Below, piece after piece: positions 33,116-42,808 of a stretch of DNA of 64,000 nt. Under the pieces are notes generated by a model. It was given only the letters and a program-made list of their open reading frames with translations. It made no database searches and was not told where the DNA came from. Source of the stretch: Patescibacteria group bacterium (GTDB lineage Bacteria > Patescibacteriota > Microgenomatia > UBA10105 > UBA927); the NCBI GenBank assembly GCA_049322955.1, contig JBMOPU010000012.1, positions 311,032 through 375,031 of the forward strand, read 5' to 3'. The position numbers were made by a program, and so were the translations under genes. Position 1 is the first letter of the stretch, and the number at the start of each line of letters is the position of its first letter.

Positions 33116-33697
33116 TTGCAACGGTCGAATAATACCTCTATACTTATTTGTGTTATGGACTACAAACAACTTTTTGATCGATGGGTACTGCTCACGACGC
33201 TTCCCGAGGAAGACAGGAAAGCGCTGGTGGAGCGTATTCATACCGAAGTGACCACATCCGTACAGGCGTTTGCCGGTCTTGCCGCCGTTGAAATAGATAA
33301 AACACTCGCCGACGCATCCTATGAAAAAAAGGAAGCATACGTCAAAACGGCCGCTCCCGTCTTGGCACTCGCGGCTTTTGACGGGTATCTTTTGTCTCTC
33401 ATGGAGCGGGGAATCAACCCGCAAACAACCGATCTTGCGGGCGTCGAGAAAACGTCAGGATTGGGCGAACGGTGGTCAGCGGGTTACGGCAAAGACCAGA
33501 ACATGACAATCCTCAAGGAGATTGATCCGATCATTCTGTTGATACTCGCCAAAATGCAGGAAGTGCGGGTGAATCAGATGCTATCGTTCTATCCTGAAAT
33601 TATCGAACTTCCCTACAAAGTAACCGAAAAGCTCCATCAATACATCGGTTGGGCGGTGAATCAGGGATATGTATTGGGAGTCATGGAACAGTCCTAA
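33116..33697 (+). CDS. Hypothetical protein
   Basis: 193-aa ORF; likely start is MDYKQLF at about 33155. Confidence 0.45.
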   Translation: MQRSNNTSILICVMDYKQLFDRWVLLTTLPEEDRKALVERIHTEVTTSVQAFAGLAAVEIDKTLADASYEKKEAYVKTAAPVLALAAFDGYLLSLMERGINPQTTDLAGVEKTSGLGERWSAGYGKDQNMTILKEIDPIILLILAKMQEVRVNQMLSFYPEIIELPYKVTEKLHQYIGWAVNQGYVLGVMEQS

Positions 33698-33709
33698 ATC
33701 TTCACGATT

Positions 33710-34843
33710 ATGCCCGAAGCTGTCGTTGGTGCCACTACATCGGATATTACTCATCAGCAAAAAACCAAAGAGGGATCACTGACTATTGAGTATCATACCC
33801 ACGATTCGATCGCCAATACGATCGGACATATCCTTGCTGTTCCCACCGTTCATACATTGTTGTGGACATGGGACAGCGCGTTTAAAAATCCTCCGAAAGA
33901 ATTGGCGGATCAACTGTTTGATCGGTATAAGGATGTGCCGTGGAAAGGCGACGTGCTGGTGCGGGTAGGGCATGCGTCCATCATCGGCGATATGCAACGT
34001 GCGCTTGCCCGGAACGAATCCGTACGGGGAAGACCCTGGCGTCTTAAAGATATTCCGGGAAGAGTTGCCGAAACATTCGGCAAACTGGGAATAGCGTTTT
34101 TTACTTTTTTCTCGACCGCGGCGGCAAAGTTTTTGCGTACCGACTTTTATAACCCCTATGCAAACGTCGCCACGGTGTATCATCCGAAGCTCGGTGTCGG
34201 CATGCATGAATTGGGGCACGCGGAGTTTTTTAATCAACGGGATAACGTAAGCAGGGTGGGACTCCTCATCATGGATTGGTTGGGATTGAATGTGGGCAAA
34301 GATATCGTGGTGCCGGTCCCTTTTTTCCGCTCATTTACTGAATACAAAGCAAGTCAGATTGCTATGCAACGGTTTAAAACGGACGAAGAGCGGCGTGAGG
34401 GGTTGAAGATACTCGAAGGTGCATGGGCAACTTACCTGTTCAGCGATGTTTTGAGTTTATCCTTTTTACCCAAACCGGTGACCGAGGCTATCGGATCCGT
34501 CTTATCGTATCCCGCATCGGTCGCGGGACACCTGATGAATAGACTGTATCCAAAAAAAGACCAGCGGTTCAGCTATATATTTTCCGGCAAAGCCGGATCC
34601 GGCTTTGCCGGAGAGGGGAATGTGGGGTTACAACATAATCAGCCCGTAGAAAAGAAGAGGGTATCCAAAAAGCCTGCAGTACCCGATCTCTCGGCGCATC
34701 AGGTACTTGTTGCGACCGCAAAAGCGCCCTCATCGGGCAAGGAGACTGCCGTAGAAGGCAAAGGGGGACGTCAGTTTAGTGACGAACCGTTAAAAAACGG
34801 CAAACGCCCGCTTCATAGTAACACCCACCGCATCACCTTTTAG
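33710..34843 (+). CDS. Zincin-like HExxH metallopeptidase-like protein
   Basis: VGMHELGHAEFF (HExxH); C-terminal tail ...LHSNTHRITF is shared with the next ORF. Confidence 0.5.
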   Translation: MPEAVVGATTSDITHQQKTKEGSLTIEYHTHDSIANTIGHILAVPTVHTLLWTWDSAFKNPPKELADQLFDRYKDVPWKGDVLVRVGHASIIGDMQRALARNESVRGRPWRLKDIPGRVAETFGKLGIAFFTFFSTAAAKFLRTDFYNPYANVATVYHPKLGVGMHELGHAEFFNQRDNVSRVGLLIMDWLGLNVGKDIVVPVPFFRSFTEYKASQIAMQRFKTDEERREGLKILEGAWATYLFSDVLSLSFLPKPVTEAIGSVLSYPASVAGHLMNRLYPKKDQRFSYIFSGKAGSGFAGEGNVGLQHNQPVEKKRVSKKPAVPDLSAHQVLVATAKAPSSGKETAVEGKGGRQFSDEPLKNGKRPLHSNTHRITF

Positions 34844-34858
34844 GAATATACCGGTATC

Positions 34859-35131
34859 GTGACCCGTTGCCTTGTTATTTTTTCATCCCTTTACTACAAT
34901 GATAGTTTCCGACGCAAAAAACCTATGGCCCATCACGAAATATCCCAAGACGAAGTTCCAGGCGGTTCTGCGGAGCACGAGGAATCTCACGGCACGCATC
35001 ATGCGGAACACGGAGAGGCTTCCGCAAGTCTCATGACAATCGAACAGGCACACCATAACAAACATCATCGTCAGATGCATCGGACACTGCGGTGGCCGAT
35101 CCACAGTAATACCCCGCGGATTACATTCTAA
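34859..35131 (+). CDS. Small His-rich protein
   Basis: MAHHEISQDE...HGTHHAEHGE...HHNKHHRQMH; ends ...IHSNTPRITF. Confidence 0.4.
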   Translation: MTRCLVIFSSLYYNDSFRRKKPMAHHEISQDEVPGGSAEHEESHGTHHAEHGEASASLMTIEQAHHNKHHRQMHRTLRWPIHSNTPRITF

Positions 35132-35282
35132 AGAATAACGGTGGCGTTATGCGTGCGCTATTTGGTATATTTCCTGCATTTTAGCAATCTTATATATCTC
35201 ACTGCTAATTAGCACTCTATTCTTCGATATTGATAATACAAAAGCCGTTTGTATATATCCGGCTTATTATTCCTAGTCGTAC

Positions 35283-38200
35283 ATGACTGAAATGGTATAC
35301 AATAGCGCTATGAGCAAGATCATCGCGCGTTGGCTTCGTGCGCATATCGGTTTGGTCTTTCTGGTCGGATTTCTTTTTTGGATCACCGTTACCGGTCTTC
35401 AGCCTGATTTCCTGCTTATCGGATGGGATAATTATTCTTCATATCTGGGTGGCACCGACGGGATTTTTCGTACGATTTTTTCTACCTGGCGTGCTTATCG
35501 GGGGATCGGAGTGCCGGGAGATAGTGAGAGTACTGACGCGGTGCGGCAGATTCTCCTTTTTGCGTTGACTCCCTTTGTCACGGAGCCCATGCGGGACCAG
35601 GTATATATCATGGCATGCTTATGGGTGGGCGTGCTCTCCCTCTATGTGCTTGTAAAGCGTTTGGCGGGTCGTTATATCGAGGCAAACGAAGGTGCGATAG
35701 ATATCGCGGCGGCCTTTTCCGGATTTATGTATGCCGCCAATCTCAACACTATATCCACATTCTATTTTCCGATAATTACGTACATCACGCGCTATGCATC
35801 GATACCCCTTCTTGTACTGGTGTTTGATAAGGTACTGCATGACCGACCGCTTGGGATACGGACAATTGCATTCTTTATTGGGGCGGTATTGTTTTCTGCG
35901 GGAAGCTTTATTACCGCTACGGTATTTTTTACGACCGGCATCCTATTAGGGCTGTATGTGCTATTTCAGGGTGCAGGCAGGCGCGGGTTCCTTTTGTTTT
36001 TTGTATTTGTCTGTCTTAATGCGTTTTGGCTCGTGCCCTTTGCCAACTATACACGGGAAAAATCAGCGAGCCTCAGGCTTGCACCGGTGTTTATTGACAC
36101 CAACGAAGCACAGCTGAACCAATCACCCCAATCGTACAGCCTGTGGAAACAGCTCATTTTGTATCCTAATTTTTTCTACACCCGTTATACAAGGGTGAGT
36201 GACGAACGGAGTGCTCCCTTATTTCCCCTCACGGAATATATTGATAGCGTTCAGGGGCAGACGGTTTTGGGCGTTTTTCCGGCGATAGCGCTTCTTGGGG
36301 TGGGGCTGATATTTCTTGCGAAGAGAAAGTATTACAGGATATTTTGGATTCCCGCAACATATTTGTTATTTATTATACTCTCATCGCAGGAACAATCCCC
36401 GTTGGGATTTATTCCCGCACTTTTAAACAAGATTCCTTACTTTAAGGTGGTATTCCGGTTCGGCGATACCAAGTTCCATCCGTATATCGCTTTTGCGGGG
36501 AGTTTAGCAGTCGGCGTCTTTACAGTGCTTACTCTTCGTGGCGTACGACATATTCGTCGGGCGGCAACCACTCTCTCTGCAGTGCTTGGGATATTTCTTG
36601 TGGTAGTCCCTCTGGTGTCGGTGTATCGCACGTATTTGACCGGGGATTTTCTTCCGAAATATCTGATGGTGCAGTTGCCGCAGGCATACCGCACTGCGGC
36701 AACACGTATCGACAACGATCCTGCAAACGGGCGAGTACTGCACTTGCCGTATGATCCTCAACTGTATTGGCGTTCGCATACCTGGGGATATATGGGCTCG
36801 GCATTTGTCCAATATATGCTCAAAAATCCGTATTTGGACAAAACATTTGAGCCGGCAAGTCTGGAAACAACCGGTATGTTTTTGGAATTGTCCTCGATCA
36901 TCCGGGATGCAAACCAAGTGGTGGGGGAAGCATTGGAAAAACGTGCGGATGCGCTTTTGGCGCATTTGATTCGTCACCGGATTTCCTGGGTCATGTTTGA
37001 TGAGTCGGTGAGTCCTGAAATGCGGATACGGAATATGCGCTATTGGGGGTCATTTAATACGACCGACTCGTCAATACTTCTCGAAACGCTTGCATCCGCC
37101 GGCAAGGTTACCCGTGCGGCGGAATACCCGATTGATCTCGAGCCGATTGCAAAAGAGTACACAAGACTCCTCGGACAGCAACCGCAAGGACCACTCGGGA
37201 AGCCACGATTGATTTTGTATCGCGTGAATGACAACATGACGACGGTAGAATTTACCGATAGCGCAGTTGCCGCCGTTCCTTCGACTGCGGGAGTGATCCC
37301 TGCCGCCAACAATGCGGTAACCCTCCAACCGAGTGTTGATTCTGATACATTATTATATCCATTGTTATACAAAGACTTAGTCGTGGAACCCCGTAAAGAG
37401 GGGATGCAATTGGCACATCCGACCGATTTTCTCTCCGCAGGAACCGGTAACATGCTGACGGTAGCGTCGGGGTCGGGTGCCGCGGTTGAAATCCGTATGA
37501 AGAAGGAAGGAGAAAACGCTCTTCTCACGTTTTACAAAATCGAAGCTCCGAATATCGGAGTCCGTTCATTTTCAACCCTTCTTACTGCCGTTCGTTTGCC
37601 GCTCCGGCTTCTCAGAGATGCTCTTGAGGTAGCGAATGATGCGGGGATGTATCTTTCAGACTGGCATATTCTCGGACATGACAGATTGAGCGATATCCGC
37701 CTCATGATCGGCGATGTCGTGCTTCCTGTGCCGGTATTGACGAGTGAGGAAGAGCAGGTAGTCGGATCGGTATATCTGCCGTCGTCCTCGGTAAATGTGA
37801 CGGTACTGCGCCGCAACAAGCAGGTTGCGATGAATTTGTCGGCATTGCATCTTACCGATATGCCGAATTGTTTCGGTGATCGAACCGGCGGGTATGAGTA
37901 TGAGGTGACGGGTACGCAATCAGGTCAGCTGACCCTGAGAAGTCAGAACGGATCTACCTGTCTTGTGTACCCCGTTTCCGACGGAAATGCAAAACACGTC
38001 GAAATCCGTTTGGAGTATCGTGCAAATCAGGTGAATGAAACCGTAGATAACCCCGGTGCAGTTCCCCAAGTGGCAAACTATGTGTCGCAATTGACGAAAC
38101 CGAACCTATTAAGCCTCTGTATCGGTGTACAAACAGGGGATATGTGTCTGAACAAACATCAGATCCTGTCGATGGGGAATGAAGGTACGGTAGTTATTCC

Positions 38201-39305
38201 CTCGGAAATAACCGGTCAGCAGTTCACTCATTTACGGATGGCAACGGTGCCCGTCGGCAAACAAACGCAGGAACTCACCCTTACCGGAGGGATGCTCTCG
38301 TATTTTGATGCGGTTAGGGTTTTTGCAGTGACGGTACCCCAACGGGCATACACTGCCGAGATTACACCGGCGGGTGATAATTTCCATGTCACCATTCCGC
38401 CGCTCCTTTCGTCGGGATCGTATTATCGAAGCGCCGCTGACGGTTGGTTTGTGTCCAATCGTCCCTGCGAGACGAGTGGCGGCTATCGGACGACGCGGCG
38501 ACTGTCGGGTGGCATGCTGAGTTATATCGCTGATTGCTACAATGAATTTTCACTCCAATTGCCGTTTAACAGCGCATCGGCAAAATTATGGTCGGTTTCG
38601 TACGCACTCTTTTCAGGAAAGTATCCGTTATTCATGCTTGGCGACCCGTTCGGGCATTACGTGAACCAGTACCTTTCGTTGTATCAGGGATACCCGGAGG
38701 TGCCGGGAATGCTTTCGCTCCAGGCACCACAGCAATGGTACCGACCCTATGCCGGGGATACCGTGCAGAGCATCGTACGCGGAACGATTCCTGCTCAGGC
38801 GTATGTTTTGGTTCCTGCCGTACCCGAACTTACCGATACTCGTGCCAAATCCTATACGATCCATCAGGATAGCAAAAATACGGGGATGGTGGGGTTATAT
38901 GACACCCGCATTACGGAGTTTCCCGCTTCGTGGCACCACATGGCGGTGCAACGAGGAAATCCGGAGAAGACGTATGCGGTGCCGGGTTCCGTTACATCCC
39001 GCGATATCTTGCCGTCTTTGACCGAAGTGACTCTCGCGAAGGGTACCAATGCAGATAACTCCTTTTTATTGGTACAGCGTTCGGGATTTGACCGACAATG
39101 GGCCGCGTACAGAGATGTATGGTCCCTCATCGTTGATAGCAACGCGATCCGTCCCGTCCGATGCGGGGGTACCTTTAACTGTTATGCGCTTCCGTCAGAT
39201 AGCGGCCGATGGTACCTGTTTTATACCCCGGAACGTTTGGCAATCATCGGCTGGCTTGTCACCATTTTGAGCGCCGCCATTTTTGCATACAAGTGGCGCA
39301 GATAG
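35283..39305 (+). CDS. Giant polytopic membrane protein with a large extracytoplasmic C-terminal domain (GT-C-like glycosyltransferase candidate)
   Basis: About 12 predicted TM helices in the first ~450 aa, an ~850-aa soluble region, and a final C-terminal TM (IIGWLVTILSAAIFAY); the architecture resembles GT-C/YfhO/ArnT-type transferases. Confidence 0.65.
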   Translation: MTEMVYNSAMSKIIARWLRAHIGLVFLVGFLFWITVTGLQPDFLLIGWDNYSSYLGGTDGIFRTIFSTWRAYRGIGVPGDSESTDAVRQILLFALTPFVTEPMRDQVYIMACLWVGVLSLYVLVKRLAGRYIEANEGAIDIAAAFSGFMYAANLNTISTFYFPIITYITRYASIPLLVLVFDKVLHDRPLGIRTIAFFIGAVLFSAGSFITATVFFTTGILLGLYVLFQGAGRRGFLLFFVFVCLNAFWLVPFANYTREKSASLRLAPVFIDTNEAQLNQSPQSYSLWKQLILYPNFFYTRYTRVSDERSAPLFPLTEYIDSVQGQTVLGVFPAIALLGVGLIFLAKRKYYRIFWIPATYLLFIILSSQEQSPLGFIPALLNKIPYFKVVFRFGDTKFHPYIAFAGSLAVGVFTVLTLRGVRHIRRAATTLSAVLGIFLVVVPLVSVYRTYLTGDFLPKYLMVQLPQAYRTAATRIDNDPANGRVLHLPYDPQLYWRSHTWGYMGSAFVQYMLKNPYLDKTFEPASLETTGMFLELSSIIRDANQVVGEALEKRADALLAHLIRHRISWVMFDESVSPEMRIRNMRYWGSFNTTDSSILLETLASAGKVTRAAEYPIDLEPIAKEYTRLLGQQPQGPLGKPRLILYRVNDNMTTVEFTDSAVAAVPSTAGVIPAANNAVTLQPSVDSDTLLYPLLYKDLVVEPRKEGMQLAHPTDFLSAGTGNMLTVASGSGAAVEIRMKKEGENALLTFYKIEAPNIGVRSFSTLLTAVRLPLRLLRDALEVANDAGMYLSDWHILGHDRLSDIRLMIGDVVLPVPVLTSEEEQVVGSVYLPSSSVNVTVLRRNKQVAMNLSALHLTDMPNCFGDRTGGYEYEVTGTQSGQLTLRSQNGSTCLVYPVSDGNAKHVEIRLEYRANQVNETVDNPGAVPQVANYVSQLTKPNLLSLCIGVQTGDMCLNKHQILSMGNEGTVVIPSEITGQQFTHLRMATVPVGKQTQELTLTGGMLSYFDAVRVFAVTVPQRAYTAEITPAGDNFHVTIPPLLSSGSYYRSAADGWFVSNRPCETSGGYRTTRRLSGGMLSYIADCYNEFSLQLPFNSASAKLWSVSYALFSGKYPLFMLGDPFGHYVNQYLSLYQGYPEVPGMLSLQAPQQWYRPYAGDTVQSIVRGTIPAQAYVLVPAVPELTDTRAKSYTIHQDSKNTGMVGLYDTRITEFPASWHHMAVQRGNPEKTYAVPGSVTSRDILPSLTEVTLAKGTNADNSFLLVQRSGFDRQWAAYRDVWSLIVDSNAIRPVRCGGTFNCYALPSDSGRWYLFYTPERLAIIGWLVTILSAAIFAYKWRR

Positions 39306-40147
39306 TCCCGCTGTTCAAGCGAAAACGCGATGACACGCTTCATGACGCGGTAAAAGTCCCAGATAAACTCCGGAGGCAACATCATGCTCGCCATGTACTG
39401 GATAATCCAGTACAGGTGGATATACCACGGTGCCTTTTCGATATACGTATCCGTCCAGTTATGCATGGCAAACGTCGCTTCCGCGAGTTTGCGGAAATGT
39501 TTCCATGACGCGGCATTTTTATGCCATCGGACGTTGACGAGCGGCCGCTGGATGTTGGCAAGTTTGCCGTACTGGGCGATCCGATACCACAAATGCGTGT
39601 CGTCCGCCGGCCAAAATGCCTGCAGGTATCCGCCCGCTTTTATGGCGATTTTTTTTCGATACATGACGGTGGGATCAGCGAACGGACTGACGATATACCA
39701 CAGTTTGCGGATCTGGGCGTCGGTTTTTAAGAATTTGACGATCTGCTCGCTCCCGTCATCCGTGAACAATCGTATCCATGATCCGACCGCCGCCACGTCT
39801 TTGTGTTTCTCAAGATATTCAACCTCGGTGGCAATCCGGTGAGGTAACATGAGATCGTCCTGGTTCAGGCGGCAGATGTATTCTCCTTTGGCTTTTTCGA
39901 GCGCAAAATTGAGTACCCGCGACAACCCCCGGTTCTGGGGGAATTGGTAGAACCGTACGCGCTGATATTTCTTTTCCAGCGCCCTACAGATTCTGCGGCT
40001 GTGATCGGAACTGCCGTCATCGACGAGCAGGACTTCAAAGTTTTGATAAGTACTTTTAAACACGCTTTGCACCGCCGCCTCCAGATAGGGGGCGCCGTTA
40101 AAGACCGGAATCACCACCGACACGGTCGGTTTCGGATACTTTTTCAT
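39221..40147 (-). CDS. GT2-family glycosyltransferase (polyprenyl-phosphate sugar synthase-like)
   Basis: VSVVIPVFNGAPYLEAAVQSVFKSTYQNFEVLLVDDGSSDHS...LNQDDL (DxD); start MKKYPKP at 40147 with SD AAAGGAG 7 nt upstream; 3' end overlaps the convergent giant gene by about 85 bp. Confidence 0.85.
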   Translation of the reverse strand: MKKYPKPTVSVVIPVFNGAPYLEAAVQSVFKSTYQNFEVLLVDDGSSDHSRRICRALEKKYQRVRFYQFPQNRGLSRVLNFALEKAKGEYICRLNQDDLMLPHRIATEVEYLEKHKDVAAVGSWIRLFTDDGSEQIVKFLKTDAQIRKLWYIVSPFADPTVMYRKKIAIKAGGYLQAFWPADDTHLWYRIAQYGKLANIQRPLVNVRWHKNAASWKHFRKLAEATFAMHNWTDTYIEKAPWYIHLYWIIQYMASMMLPPEFIWDFYRVMKRVIAFSLEQRDYLRHLYAKMAALKMVTSQPMIAKRSGV

Positions 40148-40381
40148 AGGTACTCCTTTCTTTCTATGATGATTCATAGATTGAGTTTTGTACTCCCTGC
40201 GCCCCCGAAAGTGTCTCTCGGGAGAGCGGGGAGAGGCATACAGGAATGACACACAAGTGTCATTGAGCTATTGCTCATATGGTCTCTCCTGGTTATGTAG
40301 CGGTCTCCAAAAAGGAGTCCACTCAATAACCGTAAAAGAGGCTCTGCGCAAGCGCAGAGCCTCTCTTTATATTAGCGTGGG

Positions 40382-41725
40382 TCAGTCCCACCAGTCGAAA
40401 TCGTCAGCAGGGCTGAACGCATCCTTCACGGTGAAAACTGCCCAGTCGGCTGAAAATTCGGTCACGCTGTCTTCCATGACGAAATACAGCACGCGGTACC
40501 CGCCGAGCGTATTGAGTTCGGTGATTTTCATCAGGTTCGGGTCGGTCACACCGGCGCTTGTCACGATGAACGTGTTCCACTTGGTTTCGTGGGTGCCGCG
40601 TTCATACACGACGCTGGGAAGCAGTCCGAGCATTTCGAACAGCTTGGCGCTTCGGTTGTCCGTGATGTACTTTTCGAATTCCGCGTTGGACATCGGCTTG
40701 AGTGACTCGGTGCCTGCTTTTGCCGTGGTTTTTGCTTCCGTCAGGTTGCTATACCCGGGGTATGCATGGCAGAGTTTGACGCCAGAGAACGGGTGGTACA
40801 CGTTGAGCGAGCCGGTGCGGCGTGCGATGTACAGCGACTTGCCATCTGCACGCGTTATTTCAGCCCAGCCGGTGCCGACTTGTCCCGTCTGCGTCCACAC
40901 GAGCGTCTTGCCCGCGACTGCGTGAACGGTAGCATCCCAGCCCCAGGCGAAGCGAGCATCAGCATTCAGGTTGACGTCATCGTCGAGGAGCGCGAAGAGT
41001 TCCTCCGTGCCCATGTTATCCTGAATTTGCTTGGTGACCTTGCTGGAATTTTCGCAAGCCTCGGCTTCGATGTTGCCCTTGACCAGCATGGGAGTTCCCT
41101 TGCGTGGCTCTGTCTCGCCGGTCCAGTTTTTGAGCGTGATGTATGCGAGACCGGTTTTAACCGTCTCTGTGCTGTTGGGTGGCAGGAGGTAAATGCCAGT
41201 GTCGCCTTCGACGCAGAACTTCACGATTTTTCCACCGTGGGTCGGGTCGGCGTCACGATAATTACCGGTCCAGAACAGCACAACCTCATCAGCCTTGGTC
41301 TTGAGCGTTCCGCCGTTTTCCCAGCGCACCGGATTCTTCGGATAGACGTAGAGTGTGTCCAGCCGGTTGGTGTAGATGGCGTGGTAGTCTGGCGCGCATC
41401 CGGTCAGGAACTGTGCGGCGTATTCCCATTGGGTAGTATCCAACACGGACCCGAAGGGCTTGGTTTCGACAGGTTCATCCAACAGGTCGAGAGCCTCGGC
41501 CCGTTCCAGAATGAACTCGGTTGACACGCTGGTATATCCGTCGACATTGAATGTCGGCGGCGCATCATCAGCCTGAGCGGCGACGATGACCCACATGGGT
41601 GGCGTCCAGTCCGCGGGCGGCTGGTTGGATTGGGCAGACACGCTGGTAGGCGCGAATGCCGCGAAAAGCAGGCTCAACGTCATGAAAAGCACGAAGAGCG
41701 TGTAGGGATTGCGTTTTGTACGCAT
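40382..41725 (-). CDS. Secreted hypothetical protein (signal peptide)
   Basis: N-terminus MRTKRNPYTLFVLFMTLSLLFAAFAPTSVSAQS; GC3-rich codon usage unlike neighbouring genes. Confidence 0.6.
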   Translation of the reverse strand: MRTKRNPYTLFVLFMTLSLLFAAFAPTSVSAQSNQPPADWTPPMWVIVAAQADDAPPTFNVDGYTSVSTEFILERAEALDLLDEPVETKPFGSVLDTTQWEYAAQFLTGCAPDYHAIYTNRLDTLYVYPKNPVRWENGGTLKTKADEVVLFWTGNYRDADPTHGGKIVKFCVEGDTGIYLLPPNSTETVKTGLAYITLKNWTGETEPRKGTPMLVKGNIEAEACENSSKVTKQIQDNMGTEELFALLDDDVNLNADARFAWGWDATVHAVAGKTLVWTQTGQVGTGWAEITRADGKSLYIARRTGSLNVYHPFSGVKLCHAYPGYSNLTEAKTTAKAGTESLKPMSNAEFEKYITDNRSAKLFEMLGLLPSVVYERGTHETKWNTFIVTSAGVTDPNLMKITELNTLGGYRVLYFVMEDSVTEFSADWAVFTVKDAFSPADDFDWWD

Positions 41726-41858
41726 TGTGGTACCTTAACCTTTCTTTCGTAATCTAGTTTGATTTGGATTCGATTGTTTTGGAACAGTATTCAGTTGTTA
41801 CCCCTATTGACCACCTCCTTTTCGTTGGTGTTTCTAACAGGCCTTGCGGTCGGTTAGA

Positions 41859-41972
41859 CTAGTCTTGCTTTTTCTTCTTGGGCCTGAAAATATAGGCGCC
41901 AATTCCAGCAAACACGATTGACGTGACCACGATGATGATCACGATTTCCGCAGGCGTCGGTTTCCATTCCAT
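41859..41972 (-). CDS. Small single-TM protein (37 aa)
   Basis: MEWKPTPAEIVIIIVVTSIVFAGIGAYIFRPKKKKQD; SD AAGGAG 7 nt upstream of the ATG; lies upstream of the secreted-protein gene on the same strand. Confidence 0.5.
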   Translation of the reverse strand: MEWKPTPAEIVIIIVVTSIVFAGIGAYIFRPKKKKQD

Positions 41973-42119
41973 GACTCTTCTCCTTTCGATCTAAGATTTC
42001 GGGCTAACAATAAAATGTTGCCCTTTGGCGAATAACAATACATTTCTGTACTGGAATTTTTTCTTTCTTGTCTTGTTTTGTGTGATATTTTCCCCACTAA
42101 TTATTGGTATCTTAAAAAA

Positions 42120-42775
42120 GATATTTCTTTCCCCCGATCCGCACAGATATGTGTCTGTACAGAGTGGGGGAAAGAAGCGGGGTTAAATCGTCCCGAAAGG
42201 AGATCCGGTTGTCTCGCAGAGCGAGATCACGCTTCGCGTGACCGTAAATATAAAGAGAGATAATCAATCGCACAAAGCGGTATTTTCGAATCCACGAAAA
42301 GCGTGAACCGCGAAAGGCGCGTTTTGCGATGATTGTAATAAGTAAGCTAAAACGACTCCATGGAGGAGCGACTCATTCCTGTCCCGCGAAGCGGGACAAG
42401 CCTAAGTACGCTTTTTCTCTATGAATCGAAAAAAGCTACTTATTCCTGTATGCCTTGTTAAAGAGCCTACGGTGTAATTCGTCGTTCGGACGCGATTGTC
42501 CGTGGACGATACGCCATAGTCTGAGGTGTTAGCCCCAGAAAAGAATCCCGCCACACCACAACTGTTGGCCTGCCGTCCGCGAGTGCGACACGGCGGGACT
42601 CATTTCCGAGGGTAAAACTGTCTATTTACTTGTCAAACCATTTGTTTTCCTCAATCCGGCTCATGTTTATGAGCTGGGCTGGGGAAAAGGCTCGATTTAG
42701 TAACTCACATTTGAGTAACAGGCATCGAGCCAATGTGAGAGAGTTGATCCCGATAAATCGGGAAAGTCAAATAAG
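42120..42775 (+). ncRNA. Candidate large structured non-coding RNA (unclassified); strand uncertain
   Basis: About 650 bp with no credible ORF but many stable hairpins: ctttccccc...gggggaaag, tcacgc-TTCG-gcgtga, cacg-aaaag-cgtg, gtcccgc-gaa-gcgggac, tcccgcc...ggcggga, ggctcgat...atcgagcc. Immediately followed by an intrinsic terminator. Confidence 0.3.
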
Positions 42776-42805
42776 GACCAGACCGAAATCTGGTCCTTTT
42801 TGTGT
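42775..42805. terminator. Bidirectional intrinsic terminator
   Basis: ggaccagaccgaaatctggtcc hairpin followed by TTTTT on the plus strand; on the minus strand the same hairpin is followed by uuauuug, directly after the stop of 42809..43321. Confidence 0.5.
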
Positions 42806-42808
42806 TGA

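Noticed and set aside
40188-41524. Plus-strand ORFs 40188..40925 and 40766..41524
   Set aside because: Antisense shadows in a GC-rich gene that has a clear signal peptide on the minus strand.
42000-42808. RNase P RNA, tmRNA, SRP or 6S identity for the structured region
   Set aside because: Conserved blocks (GGAAAGUCCGG / ACAGAAA for RNase P, the tmRNA tag ORF and the tmRNA UCCACCA 3' end, the SRP GGAAGCAG motif) are absent. It is left as an unclassified candidate ncRNA.
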